Shown here one piece after another: positions 42,774-60,130 of a stretch of DNA of 64,000 nucleotides. Location: the NCBI RefSeq assembly GCF_009914755.1, contig NC_060929.1; one strand, given 5' to 3'. The notes under the pieces are model-generated. The model was not told where the DNA came from, made no database searches, and saw only the letters and a program-made list of their open reading frames with translations. Within the stretch, counting starts at the first letter, position 1. Each line of letters starts with the position of its first letter. The position numbers and the translations under genes are program-made. This DNA comes from the human T2T-CHM13v2.0 reference genome, Homo sapiens.

Positions 42774-43106
42774 TCAGAAATTATATTTTCTTCCAATTAC
42801 AAAAAGCCTAAAAAAGACCTTTGAGCAACAACTTGGATATGATTTTTTAAGGTAAGTTTTTTTTGTTTCATGAATGGCTGAGCTTCCCCATAACATATGA
42901 CTCACTTTTGTCCCCAGCACAAGCTTTCAGAGCAAATACTGACTGCAAAAACAAAGTCTCACAAGTCTCCTGTGATGCCAAGTTCTTCCCAAGTTCCTCC
43001 GTCTCCCACTGCAGAGTGTGAGGGACTTCTTAAGGAACATGGCATTTCTACTGGGAGCAGATTTTTATCCCATATTCTAGGTTAAAAGGATTGGACAATA
43101 TACGAG

Positions 43107-43107
<1 letters not shown>

Positions 43108-43139
<32 letters not shown>

Positions 43140-43176
43140 CACACACACACACACATATATACATATAAACACACGC

Positions 43177-43207
<31 letters not shown>

Positions 43208-43212
43208 TATAT
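43108..43212. repeat. Compound (TA)n/(CA)n microsatellite
   Basis: Read directly. Confidence 0.95.
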
Positions 43213-44680
43213 AAAGGATCTCTTTTGTTATTATGGATCATTCACTGGAGATGTTCACCATAAGCATGGCTTAATAGCAAAATATAAAATTAAAAATTTT
43301 GGTCTGCAAGGAGTTCCCCCATCTCCCTTGGACTGAAATGGCTTCATGAAAGTTGAAAAAAAAAAAAAAAGACAAACCTTGAAAACAACATCTGGTGTTG
43401 AGTTCAGAAATGAGAACCAGATATGCTTTATCATCCGTATTTCAGTTCACATGATTAGCCTGCCAGTATGGTGAAAGGGAAAAGGTTTACTAATTTAATT
43501 TGTGTTTTGTTTTGAAGAAATAATAGAAATATTTTCACTCTTAAAATAGTTATGGGTCCTTTTTTAAAGTATGCAGGCCATCCCTAAATATACATAAAGA
43601 ATATTAGAATTAATATGATTTTTAAAATATGTTTAGCATTATTATAATCCACTTTAAAGGATTCTCTGAAGGGTTTCCTCTAAGTAGCAACAACCAAACG
43701 ATATTAAGGGTGCATTTAAAAAGCTTTAAAAGCTGGTTTTCCAAGTAATTTATGGTAGATGGGTTCCTGAAAGAAAAAAACTAAGAGCAAATAACCATTT
43801 GATTCAGCAATCTCATTGTCAGTACACATCCCATTCAGAGTGCCATCATAAAAGAACAAGTCGAGTTTTTGTTTTTTGAAAACTTCAGTGATTTACATTA
43901 TGAAAACGAAAAATTGAAGATATATGCAGACACTTTGGGGAAGGGGATTAGTACAATTATAAGTTGTTTAAAATTTACCAAGCACTATGGAGCCCTTTCT
44001 GTTTTACCTTTACAGTAAACTCAAAGAAAACCAAGCATATATTGTTATTCCTGTTAAGCAGATGATAATATTGAAATTGATAAACATGGTATGTTATACT
44101 TACTTTTATAGTGCTAACATGTACTAGAACCTAGAACTTCTGTACCTTAGATCTGGGCATTTTTTTAAAAATTATTTCATGCTATTTTTCTACAAGTTAC
44201 TGAAAATCCAACAAGCTATGTCCCTGTATAGCTGGTTTTTGGGACCTAGAGTTTAACTGCACTCAATCCTAGAAAAATACACCTATGTGAAACATCAGAA
44301 CTTAAAGACAAAGATATTAACATTGCACTTGGAATATCAATGTGGTAAAGAATCCCATAGATCTGGACCTCATGACTTTGATGGAATATTTTTATTAATG
44401 AATTTTTCTAATTGACTTTGTAAATAATTTCATTTTCTACTTTTTCATTTGTTTTACATGTAACCTTCTCCATAATCATTCCATTCCAAGCAATTCTATG
44501 GTTATAAAAATAGGTCCTTTATTCATTCAAGAACAGAAAAAGAATAAAATTGTCTAATGCATATTCAGCATTAATAAGATTTATTTCCTTTTTTTGAGGG
44601 GAGATGCAAAGACATCATTTAAAATATACTCTTAAATCTTACAAATGAGAAAATTGAAGTGGAATGTTTCTCTTTCTTAA

Positions 44681-45007
<327 letters not shown>

Positions 45008-45444
45008 AAAATGGAGTTTTCTAAGTTTCATGGTGGCAGAGCCCTTTGGCTATCCTGCCAAGATCAGTCCTAAAGTCTTATTCCAGTACTAAATTATCAA
45101 GTTTCCCAAAATGACCATGAACCCTGGAACATTTTTTCCTTTTTCTTATTCCCTCCGTAATTAATATATAGTCAATCCTGTTACTTTATGTAGGATTAGC
45201 AATAATAACAGCAACAATAATAGATGTCCATCATTATTACAATTTATTATTTCCATGGAAAAGCAGAATACTTGAGAAAATCACAAAATAATCACAATAT
45301 ATACTATTGTTTTGTACTTTATAGTATATGCAGTTTGGCTTACTTCTCAAAACCAATTACATAAACAGTGAAGATTTTATTCTTCCAATGCTAATGAAAT
45401 AGAAATAGGGGCTTGGAGAAGGTTAATAAGATATACAAGGTTAC

Positions 45445-45789
45445 TGTATTAGTCCATTTTCACACTGCTCATAAAGACATACCCAAGACTGGGCAATTTA
45501 CAAAAGAAAGGAGTTTATTGGACTTACAGTTCCTCGTGGCTGGGGAGGCCTCACAATCATGGAAGAAGGTTAAAGGCACATCTCATATGGTGGCAGACAA
45601 GAGAAGAGAGCTTGTGCAGGAAAACTCCCCCTTACAGTAACCATCAGATCTCATGAGCCTTACTCACTATCACAAGAATAGCATGGGAAAGACCTGCCCC
45701 CATGACTCAATTACCTCCAACCAGGTTCCTTTCACAACATATGGGAATTCAAGATGAGATTTGGGTGGGGACACAGCCAAACCCTGTCA
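45445..45789 (-). mobile_element. THE1 (THE1B-like) solo LTR inserted in a MIR
   Basis: tgtattagtccattttcac...gatgagatttgggtggggacacagccaaaccctgtca; TG...CA ends; 5-bp TSD gttac/tttac. Confidence 0.9.
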
Positions 45790-47074
45790 TTTACATTGTC
45801 AGTAAATGACAGAGTTGGATTAAGAATCTAGGCATCTCTGCTCTGCTGCGGATTTGCAGGGGGTTCACGATATCAAGTTCCCTAATTCTGAAGCTACATT
45901 CACTTTAAATAGCCAGATGAGTCAAGTGTGGACCAGTCTGAAATTCAGAAGCTCTGAATTCTTCTGAGCACTCCCAGCCTGATTTAGTATTCTAAGGTGA
46001 TATGACATCATAGTTTAGGGCATGGGCCCCAGAGGCATCCAGACCTTGTTTCACATCCCTAATTCCTCCACTTACTAGCTCGATGAGCTTGAGCAAGGTA
46101 GTTTCAGTCTCAGTTTTCTTCTCTGTAAATGGAGATTTTCATGAAACTTAAATGAGATAACAAATGTAAAATTCTTGGCCACAATAAGTGTTGCATTAAT
46201 CATTGCTACTAGCATTTTACTTTATGCTCATTTCTCTTCTCCCATTAACGCTCTGCAACTGTTAATATGTATATAAAAGTTTCTTAGAGGAAAGAAAATG
46301 AAAACACATATAGGTTTCATCACACACAAAACACTGAACACACATGGAGACTCTTTCCCCCAGGGACTTACATTCTACCTCTTGGAATTACTGCAAAGTC
46401 CCTTGAATCCAGATGTAACATAGCATTTCTTTGGACTGAATAAATAATACATCTTGCTTAGCCATGTGACTCCATTTTTTAATCTCTAGGTTTTTGCTGT
46501 AATAAGAAATAAATTTAAATATTTACTAAAAAGCTGTACTGAATTCCATTATGAATTTTCTTGCTCAACAAATAGCTAAAATAGCATTATAATTTTAGAT
46601 GAGGTAGTAAGGCATTGCTTTGTGAAAATATTTGACATTATTCAAAAGGAATGGAAATCAATGTTCTAGGGCATTTTAGCTTTCAAACTTTAATCAACAT
46701 GAATTTATAAGATTTTTAAAAATTATATGGTCTTACATTGATTCATAGAGGTTAGAGGATTCCTTTTTATTTATGGTTAGATCCATTCCCTTGAATGTAT
46801 GCCAAAAACTAAATTATGATCATATTTGATGAAATAGTCATAGTTAACAATAAATACTTTGTTTTTTCCTTGTCTCCTTTTGATTTTATCATCCCCCCTA
46901 TTTAGGATTAAAATACAGTAACAACAAATGTAAATGTCAGAAACTTGATCCTAATTCTAAGTGATTCATTCAAAGACGCCCCAAACTCTTAATACGTATT
47001 TTAGATGGCAATGACTTCATTAACATACTTGTGTGCATAAATTCAGAATATTTCTGTATCTTTTAGCATGCTCT

Positions 47075-47600
47075 CAGTCACATGTAATAGAAAACTCAAA
47101 ATGGCTTAAATATTAAGGACATTGTTGGCTTGCATAGCTGCTAATTCAGAGATAAGGTGGGCTTCAGGGAGGTATTAATCCAATGGTTCTGGCTGGGCTC
47201 CCCTACAGTTCTCTCAGCTCTGCTCTACTCCACATATAATATGGTCCTTGGGATGGAACAGGATAGCTTCAGAATATACAAGTTCTACACCAAAAATGAC
47301 CACAGCCAAGAAAAGAAAATAAAGTACTTTCCAGTACTCTTTCATAACAGAGAAAAAACTTCTTTCTGATTTGTCCAGTAACTCCCCTCTTCTTCAAATA
47401 CTTTTGGTTAAAATTGGGTTGCGTGCCCACTTGTGTACCAATACTTGATTCAGTGGGGTAGTGGAATCACAAAGGTCAGTTTCCCCTGAGGTACTTGACT
47501 ACATGACAAAAGGGTGATGAAAGAAACAAAATTGGTATTCCTTGTAAATGAAAAGAGGAAAACACATACTACTTCACAGGCAACCATCAGCATTCTCTAC
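47075..47600. mobile_element. Old MaLR LTR (MLT1J-like)
   Basis: gtaatagaaaactcaaaatggcttaaa...ggcttcaggga...aattgggttgcgtgcccac. Boundaries approximate. Confidence 0.55.
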
Positions 47601-48791
47601 CTCTTTCCATATCTACCCATTCATTTTTCTGAGGGGTATTAACTAAGTTAATTAAGTTTCTGAAACAGAAATACCCATTCTGACATGCCCTTGGAAGGAA
47701 AGTACAAATGTTTTAAATACTAAATAAATTGGCTTGAGGTAAGAAATTCTTATACTGCTGGCAACAGACCACATCACAAGTCATGGATGAGATTAAATTT
47801 TAAGTATAATGGGTGGGATAAGTCCAAGCATAAGAAAACAGGTCTCTGCAAGTACGTTTTATGCATATATAATGGGAAATATCACCCTTTAAAAATATAA
47901 ACCAGAAGATTTCATACAAACTAACATGAAAAAAGAAAAATGAGGTTTCTTATGAAAAGCACACTGGGATTAGGCATGCAGGTGTGATCCAGTATTAAGA
48001 TTCCTATAACACCAGTTACTACTATAATCCACAGATAAATTTCGGCCAGTGATCTGTCCAAAACCCAGTAACAAAACTTCTCTGGAAATGAGATTTTACT
48101 TACAAGAAGATTTACACACTACTGGTAATGTTTACTGTAATTTTACAAAATGCAAAATGAGGGATTTTCAGAGCTCTAATAAAACCAAAGGAAAATATTG
48201 ACTTTCTGGAAATGATGTTTTGGAAATTAGTGACCGTATCAAAGTAGAAATTTTTTTTTAATTTTAGAATTTCTTTTTGATTCACTGCCCCCATAATTGT
48301 TCCAAACTGCTTGCAAATATCTGCCCCAAAGAAGCAACTGGGCATTATTCTAAAACTAATTTAAGGCTGAAAGGTGATTAATTATTTATGTTAATCGATT
48401 ATTTCAGTATTCATAGAACAGATACTATATGCCTAGAAATAATTATAATACATACCTCCTGCCCTCAAAGAGTTTAAAATCTATTAGAGTCAATCCAAAA
48501 CTTAGGAAACAATTAGTAAAGAATAAAACAGTGTATTTCATTAACTATTAAATTATGAATCAGGGCATATTGATGTAGAAAAGTCCAAATTAGGAAAACT
48601 GTGTGGTTTAGACAAATTACAGAAGTCATCACCATCACATCAACATCTATTAAACACTCATCATGGACCAGATATATTCCATATCAATTGATCTCATAAT
48701 AATGCTGTAAATTCTAATCATTATCATCAATATTTTATAGACAAGGAAATTAAGGCTTGGAGCAATAAACTTGCTCAAAGTTAAAAAGTTA

Positions 48792-49121
<330 letters not shown>

Positions 49122-50287
49122 CTAGAATCTAGTTGCTTAGCTACTAAGGTATTTTGCCTTCAGGAGTAAGACAAATTTGGTAAGCACTTGCAGACTTAGC
49201 AGTCCTTAATCAAGAAGGAGATTGAAGGGCATTTTAGGAAGGAGGACCAATATAAGTGAAAGCATAGTCACTGAAGTGCATGGTAGGTATTGTGGTCCTT
49301 AAAGTAATTGCCCAGACTGAATCTAAAGTATGGATAAGGTAGTAAGGGGAGAAAATATTGGAAAAATCTAGTGGGGTTGGATTATAGAGGTTAATAAAAG
49401 CATTGAGCAGTTTTGTAAAACAATTTCTCAGTATAAAATAACTGTGCAAACTGTCTCATCTCCTCTCTTTCTCATCTTCAACTGCATTTTTAAACTCAAA
49501 GCACTTGAAATGAATCACCAGGGACCACCCAACATCTTTCAGATGTTTAGATTAAACTCAAAAGTGTAGACGTGTTCTTAATAGCTAAAAGGTTAATACT
49601 TTTCAAATCCTGGGTCAGACTACCCCAGGGAGAAAGCAAGAGATATTCTGATGACCTGGAAATCCCACAGGCCCCAGGTGGCTTCCCAGGACTGCTCCTT
49701 CACATTCCATACATTTTGCAGTCTGGCATTGCCATGTCAGCTTGAAATGGAATGCAGACTTACACCATGTCAGAGTCGAAGTTCTCCTCATAAACTGAAA
49801 TGGAAAGAGCTCCAAAACTGAAATAGTTTATACATACAAGTTTATAAACATGTGGGTAACCTCTAGAAAAAAAAAAAAGGTCATTGTGATTGCCCCTGGG
49901 AAAGGTAGCTGGGAGGCTGGAGGACATTGGAAGAGAAGAAATGTATTTTTCCCTGTCACCTTGTATTTTTTCCATTCAGAAGGATATATATGTTTTATTA
50001 AGTATTCAAAAATTTGTATATTGAGAGTGAATTAGCTTTCTATTGAAGATTATGTTCAAGTTACCTCAAAATCTCCCAATTTTCAGGTGAAACTCCTCTA
50101 GTTTCTAGTTTGTAATACCCTTGTCATCCTGGTTAAGTCGTCTCTGGTTTGTTGCAGTGGATCAAAAATTTTGGCACTGGAAAGTAGACATAGCATTATA
50201 GGTATTGTCTGGTTCAAAAGAGAATAGAACTGTACCATATCTCTTAGTTGCTATAACTTTATCTATGCAGCCTCAACATTTAATTAG

Positions 50288-50753
<466 letters not shown>

Positions 50754-51329
50754 ATACTGGCCCATTATTTCAACCTGTCAAGGTCTCTTTTTGGATTTGA
50801 TTCTAGAACTCTTTCTTCTTGATTTCTGTCTCATAAATTTGATGTATATGTCATTCATTCTTTCCTCCAGGCCACTAATAAACAAGCAAAATAGAAAAGG
50901 AACCTAGCTTCAGGCTGCTAGTGCCCTGTCTCTAGGTTTCAAGATTAAAGCTGGTCCTTCAATATTTTTTTGATAATAGTCATCTACTTGTCACCGATCC
51001 ACCCAACTCCATTGTCAGATTTCTTACTTTGTCTTCCAGAATACTGTGAAAAAATTATTGGATTCTTTGCTGAAATTAAAATAAACTAACAAGTACTTGG
51101 ATGGATTTTATTGGATGTAGATGGGTTATACGAAAAATCTCTGTGTGTGTATACATGTGCACATGTATGCATGTACATATTAATATGTGCTTTCCTTGGA
51201 GGTGGATATATAGTTTTCACTGGATTTTCAGAAATTTTCCTGAAATAAAAAGATTTAAAACCATTAATGTAGTCAATTCTATTGCGATATAATATATTAA
51301 AAATTCTCTGTTTGAAATTTCCAGTGATT

Positions 51330-52720
<1,391 letters not shown>

Positions 52721-55700
52721 ATTAGATGGAAAAACCACATCAGGCAGCTACTTAGATTAATAGACAGATGTAAGTGTATAAGGATATGCATTGTATATAG
52801 ATACAGTTGTAGAGAGATGAGGATATGGATATGGGTATTGACATGGTCAAAAATATAGATATAGAGATACACAAATGTGGAAAGACTTCTAAAAGAAACC
52901 AAAACTATTATATCAGCTATCTCTAGTTTTTCAGGTCATTGATGAATTTTTTTTCTTATATGTTTTCTAAATTATTTACATTAAACATGTCTTAATTTTG
53001 TGAAATGTATAATTTATTTTGAATACCCACTACTTCATAAAGCTCACTTGTAACAGAACTCTAATTTAATTTTTCTTTTTACTAGGCTCTTTCTCCAACT
53101 CTTTACTCATCAGCTACCAACCGATTCCTCACTTTATTGGGGGATTCTGCTTTGGGAGATTTTAGATTTCAGCCTTACTTTACTATAGTCATTATAACCA
53201 TGCAATGTATTTTCAGACCCCCAGGATTTTCATTCCAAAGAGAAACAATGGAATTGTTAGCAGCTGGATGCTCTTTGAAAGAGCAAGCTGCACATATTTA
53301 CTAGAGCTTTGGGTGATTGTAGGAGGAGAGAAAGAATTGTCACTTGGATCCCCTTTGCTGGCAGCACCTCAAAGGTTACCAGGTGAGAACAGCAGTACCC
53401 AGCTGCCCTAAAAAGCCGAAGAGAGTGAAATGTAAAACTTGAATTGCCTCTCTCTTCTCATTATGTATTATTTGTCAATCATGGATAAAAGGTGGTTTTT
53501 GCCCTCCAGCTGTTAGCCCTGGGGTACATATATCACTCAGTGGTGCCACTTTCTTGCAGAACATTGCAAGAAAAATCAATGATTGCACATTTCTTTGAAA
53601 GGAAAGGTGGGCTTTTTCCCTCATTTTAAAATGTTTTTATTTTAACCTGATAGTTTAAACTAAGAAGGCAAAAGTCACTTGGGGAAAAAAAGAAAAAACC
53701 ATAAACTTTGTTCTCATGGTGATGGACAACTTTAATGCCTATTTGAACACATATGAGGAACTTTTTCCCTCTTCCTATTCGAGCCAAAATATCTGAAATT
53801 TACTAGATTACTGCAGCTTGGTGGGAGAGGGATATTGTACTGCTTTACCAAGTACTGACCTTGCCAATGAGCAATAAAAGGCATCCTATCACTCAGTGTG
53901 AAACACAGACCTTTAAAAATAGATTCATTTTGATGCCCGCTTTCCACTTATTTTTACAATATTAAAACACATTGCCCTCCTGTGTACATTTTATTCATGT
54001 GATACAGAAAGTGCTTTCAAATATTTTTAGCACCATTTTAGGATAAATAACTTTTTATGCTACTATGAAGTGAAGACATAAAGCTCAGGTATATTTTAAG
54101 TTCATGTAATAAATACACATTAGGCCATATTACACAAGTCTTTCTGTCTAATGTTCTTCAACAAAACACCAAAGCATCATGTAAATTATTCAAGCACATT
54201 CATATTAGACGCTCTTCAGCATCTATTTATTTCTAAAGTTTGCACCTTTGGTTTCCATAAAGAAGAAAAGTCCCAGTGGAGGCAATGCTGAACTTTTCTT
54301 AAGATTTACTAAACCAGGAAAGTGTAGCAAAAGCATTGCTAGTCACAGCTTTTATTCTTTTATAAGCTAAATACCATTCACAAAACAATTAGAAACTGTG
54401 ATAAATGTATGTATTTTACAGGTAAATCAAAATGCTAACATAATAGATTACCTGCAATAAAACGGAGCCTGTTGAAGTAAGATAGAACATTTTCTCCCTC
54501 TCGTTCTCTTTTTTCTTTGTCTCATAATTCCAGCTAGGAACAGAAGGTGTTGTCAATTTTAAAAATTCAACAGTGGAAGCCCCAGCAAGACAAGCTTCCC
54601 TCTCGAGCAGTAATTTACATGGAAATGTGAGTTGACTGAATCTGTTGTAAATTTTACAGAACATAGGTTTGAACAGTGAGCACAGTTTCATAGTTTCGAC
54701 CCAGCTATTTCCTCAAGCTTCTTAGTTTCCATGGGCAGGTTGGGCACCCTGCTATACACTCAGGATCAATCGGAAATAAAACCACTGAGAGAGCCCCAGC
54801 GGAAGGCACAGAGCTGCCCAGGCTTCTGGCTGAAGCTGTGCAAGGCCATGACATTTCATATGGTTTCCATCTGAAGCTGTGAAGGACTGGGGTTTGTCTG
54901 TCTGTACCTATGAATGTATGCATATGGGCTTCCACCTCGGCTGGTTATGATTTATGCCTAACTCACTCCAGGCTCCATGGAAATGAACTTCGGTGAACTT
55001 CATACAAGTTCAATATTTGTAACCAAACCTGAAATTCCAGGAGTTTTGTCTGGGATTCAATTTCAAAATGAGGACATATCTTTCCAAGGTACATGCTTCC
55101 AGCTATTGTTGATTATTTGGCCTCAATATCTGTTAATTTTAATATTGTGCATTCCTGTGTAACTAGAATAACTTCAGATAATTGAAACTTACAGGACTAG
55201 CCCTGTGTGGTGGGGTAGTTGTAGAACACCCTAAATTTCAAAGCATATTCCATAAAGGAGCTTCCAAATAATGAGGATTCTGTGGTGGTCCTTGGCAACA
55301 AACATTTATTAGTCACTTATAACTATCCTCTTTTCTTTCCATACCTCTACCTCATCCCTAACCCACTCTATCAAAAATGAGATGAGAAGTCAGCCAGACT
55401 GAATGGTTGCTGCTCCTTTGTTGATTCTGAATTCCCAACTTTCTGCCTTTATTTTTGTGTCTTTTACCTGGAATAGCTTCTCTCCTTTTGCCATATGCAT
55501 ATAACCGCTCTAATCATAAGGCCCAGTTTACAGCTTCTTCATCCAGGGAGGCTTTCCTGACTCTGTTAATTGGAAATAACCTTTTATCTGTATTTTCATA
55601 ACTGTATGGAGTGGCAAAATCATCATGATGTATATACATATATTATCTCCCACCCTAGGCCATAGGATGCTTGAGGGCAGGACTAATGAATCTTACTATT

Positions 55701-56836
55701 ATTCAATTGTTAGAAAGATGACTTAGTCAATTTATACTTATTGAAAGAAGAGAGTAAATGAATCAATAAATGAATGTTCATTGTATTCAAATATAAAGTA
55801 ACAGGAGAACTTGAACATATCCTTTAAGTCCCATAAGAGAAGAATGGAGTGAAAGACAGTATTTAAGGAAGAAAGATATTTTCAGGGCCCTTATTGCTCT
55901 TGTGTATTGTCTAGTTAATGCTAACCTCTTCGCCACTGTCAGTCCTAGAAGGGCAAGCATTTCATTGTCCTCATTCACTGCTACATCCCCAGCCCCCAGC
56001 ATAGTAATTGGCACATGACAGACACTCAATGCATGTTTGCTAAATAAATTACATAGGGAATTTTTTAGAGCAAAGGCTCGTTATAGAGAGGGAAATTTTT
56101 GAGGCATTAAAAGAAGATAATACAAACAAAACAAAACCTAAAGCATCTTAAGTCAAATCACTAAAAATGGTCTCCAAATTTCTCTGTGTCTGACCTCGTC
56201 TGAGCCTCACTGAGCTTTGAGCTCTCCCCCTGTACAATGTCAAGCCAGGGAGGCAGCCATAAGTGATAATCTATGTAAACTCAACCACTCTCTCATTACC
56301 CCAGAGTAGATTGTAAAAACTGATACTGCCTCTTGAGAGTTCTTTTGGAGAGCACTCTCTACTTCCAAAGTAGCTCCCAAACTTGATAAGATCCAAATCT
56401 TTGGAGGAAAGATTAACATAGAACCCAGTGGGGATTTTTAATCACATTTAAGCAAGATAACGCGTTATCGGAGTGAAAATTAATCCACACTTCTAGACTA
56501 TGTTACTTGTGCAACTTGACCCATGGAAATTCATTTAACTAGTTATCTGGTCCTTTTCATGTCATAGGCTTTACTGTCTTGACATCTAAATATTTTTAAT
56601 TTATGAGTATTCAAATGGCTCTTGATTATGAGAGCTAAAATTTTATTATTATTTCTTGCTTCATAAAGTAAGTAAAACAGTCAAACTCCTAAAGGGAGTA
56701 TATCAGAATCACATTTCCAATTAGAACTGCAGTTTTATAACATCAGGTATCCAAAGCTGACAACACAAACAAATTCATTTAGTTCTGCATTCAAAATTTA
56801 ATATCAGCTGGAAGAAATCTACATAAAATTACATAG

Positions 56837-57242
<406 letters not shown>

Positions 57243-58037
57243 AGTTCTTGTGACTTTTGATGGCATCAGATCCTATTTAAAAATAGACAAAAACGTTATT
57301 TATAGTGCTAACTATTCACATCTCTTTCCACAAATGATTTTAAATGGAATTCTCATTGATATTTCATTAGAAAAAGAATAGGGAGGATTATCTTCACTTA
57401 ACAAACTTTATTTACCTGGTTAATGGAAATGAAAATTATAAATACGATGACAGGAAAAAGAGCTTAAGACTTTCTAATACTTCAAATACGTTAATTCGAT
57501 AAGCATTATTCACATGTTAACTACTCAGCCAGGAAACGTTTCTCAACCACTAATATGAAATGAGGAACGCACAGCAAAAAGTGGTTTGTATCCAGTTTCA
57601 TGCAAATTATTGCAGGTGAATTACTGATTATTTTTATTTACTTATTATAAAGAAAGGCAGTTCCAAAAGATTTATCTATTAACTTGGCTTGATACTGTTT
57701 ATAATTATAATTATAATAGCTATCAAATTCTATAAAGTTGTTTTAAAAGCATATTAATATCACATTCTCAAACTTCTTCATTTTTACAATATCAAGCGCT
57801 AACAGGTGACAGTATAAACAAATTCATTTAGTTCAACCATTTATTTTACTTTAAAATGTCATAATATAATTCCAGCACTTTGTATATGATATGCATATGC
57901 AAACTACTCATAGGATGAATTCTAATCTCCAAATACAAACTATAATTACCTACATAATTGCATTTCTGAGTTGGACGAGTACAGTAAAATAGCTTCAGAA
58001 TTCTGATGAGAAAAGCCTTCACTCAATATTTTAGGTC

Positions 58038-58332
58038 TTTTTTTTTTTTTAATGAGACAGGGTCTCTCTGTCAGGGTTGTTGAGGCTGCAGTGAGCTGTG
58101 ATCAGGCCACTGTATCCCTGACCTCCTAGGTTCACGTGATCCTCCCACCTCACCCCCAGAAGTAACTAGGACTACAGGTGCACACCACAACCCCTAGTTA
58201 ATTTTTATATTTTTTGTAGAGACAGGGTTTTGCCATGTTGCCCAGGCTGGTCTCAAACTCTTAGACTCAGCAATCCGACTGCCTCAGCCTCCCAAAGTGC
58301 TAGGATTACAGGCATGAGCCACCATGCCCAGT
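58038..58332 (-). mobile_element. AluJ with an internal micro-inversion
   Basis: AluJ-type diagnostics; flanking attttaggtc repeat; 58077-58115 is in the opposite orientation. Confidence 0.88.
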
Positions 58333-58503
58333 TAACATTTTAGGTCATTCTTAACTTTCTTTGAAAACACAAAATGGCTAATTTAGTGATGAATTTAAAT
58401 ATAATTATATCTTCTAAAGTGTTACATTAGTCAATACATGACAAATAGTCACAAAATCAGCATTTCTTCTCTACATTCATTTACTATTAGAAATGTGATG
58501 AAT

Positions 58504-58858
58504 GGGGACATAGATGAAGCTGGAAACCATCATTCTCAGCAAACTAACATAAGAACAGAAAACCAAACACTGTGTGTTCACACTCATAAGTGGGAGTTGA
58601 ACAATGAGAACACATGGACACAGGGAGGGGAACATCACACACCAGGGCCTGTTGGGGGGTGGGGGGCTAGGGGAGGGATAGCATTAGGAAAAATACCTAA
58701 TATAGATGACGGGTTGATGGGTGCAGCAAACCACAATGGGACGTGTATACCTATGTAACAAACCTGCACGTTCTGCACATGTACCCCAGAACTTAAAGTA
58801 TAATAATAAAAAAAGGGAACTGTAATAAACAACAAAAAACTGAAGAAAAAACAAAGAA
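58504..58858 (+). mobile_element. 5'-truncated L1PA 3' end (L1PA7-like)
   Basis: L1PA 3' UTR with G-rich tract and ...cagaacttaaagtataataataaaaaaa; perfect 15-bp TSD agaaatgtgatgaat (58489-58503, 58859-58873). Confidence 0.93.
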
Positions 58859-59419
58859 AGAAATGTGATGAATAGGCCAAAACTATGTTATTACATATTC
58901 CCTGTATTTTGGAAATCAAAACAAACCTATGATGTTGGCAGGGCAGGCATTTTCCCTCCTTTTTTAAATATGAGAAATCTGAGACATAGCCTGAGTTCCT
59001 CAAGATCACATAGTTAGTAAGAAGAAGACACAGAGAGCTACGTTAGAGAGAAAGGATCTGTCAGCAAAAAATTAATGAAACATTATGCATTTAGGTCAGC
59101 CAGAACTACTACCTCCATTTTCAATATTTTTTTCCAAGAACCCTGATTTGCTTTCTATGGATCACCCTAATTTGTTTTCCCTGTACTTATATGGTAGCAT
59201 GTCCTCCACATGTGACCAGTTTATTCCAATCAGATTTCTATTTTCCATTGTCCTCAGATTCAAGTGCTGGCATATCCTTACACAGTTCTTTTTAGGTTGT
59301 CAATCAAAGGTCCTACAACTCTTCCTTTTGAAGCACTTTGTACCTCAGAGAAATCAGAAGGCCAGAAACAAAATTCTACCAGGTCAAAAACATGTTCTAG
59401 GAAGAAACTTGCTTTGTAT

Positions 59420-60130
59420 ATAGTCATTCAACAAACATTCACTGATTTTTACCATATATCTGACAACGGCTGAGGACATCACTCCCTAGTCAACAGATAA
59501 CTATAGTGTACCATGGTATGTGCTCTAATAGAAGCAATACATTAGAGAGCTCCCAGGAGGGGGTTAGAAAACACTGAGGAGGTTAGGGAAGGCTAACAGA
59601 GAAGAGAACAATTGAGACAGCCATCAGAAGACGAAAAGGAATCAGCAAGTAAAGAAAGTAAAGAGCAATTCGGGCAAAGAACAGGGCTGGCCGGCCTGGT
59701 GTGAAACTGATAAGAATCTGACACCCTCTGGTAGAATGAGATAGGTCCCACAGAGCAGGAATTTAGGATAGGTCAGATGACTTGTAAATCCAAATTTTAT
59801 GCCATATTAAAAACCTGCCCTCGTTCCTGAGGTAAAGGTGAGTCACTGAAGGTTTTTAAGCTGTAGTGTGCTTAGACTTGCATTTTAGAACGATCATTCT
59901 GGGGGCATATAACGAAAGGGAGAAGAAGACTGTAGAGAATTTGAGGAACTTTTTATACCCCCATTGTGAGAAGATGAAATTCTCAACTTTTGTGGTGGGA
60001 GGGGCAAAAAGGAGGAGATAAAGAGACAAGAAATATTCGAAAAATAGACTCATCTTATGCCTTGGTAAGGAAAGTGAGTCAGTGAGGATTCCAAGGTCTC
60101 CAGCCTGGCTGTTGGTGAGTGCCGACAGCA
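59420..60130 (-). mobile_element. L2 fragment
   Basis: cattcaacaaacattcactga 3' end; gagtcactgaaggtttttaagc...ttgcattttagaacgatcattctgg. Confidence 0.7.

Noticed and set aside
58652-58678. G-quadruplex motif
   Set aside because: Ordinary feature of L1PA 3' UTRs.
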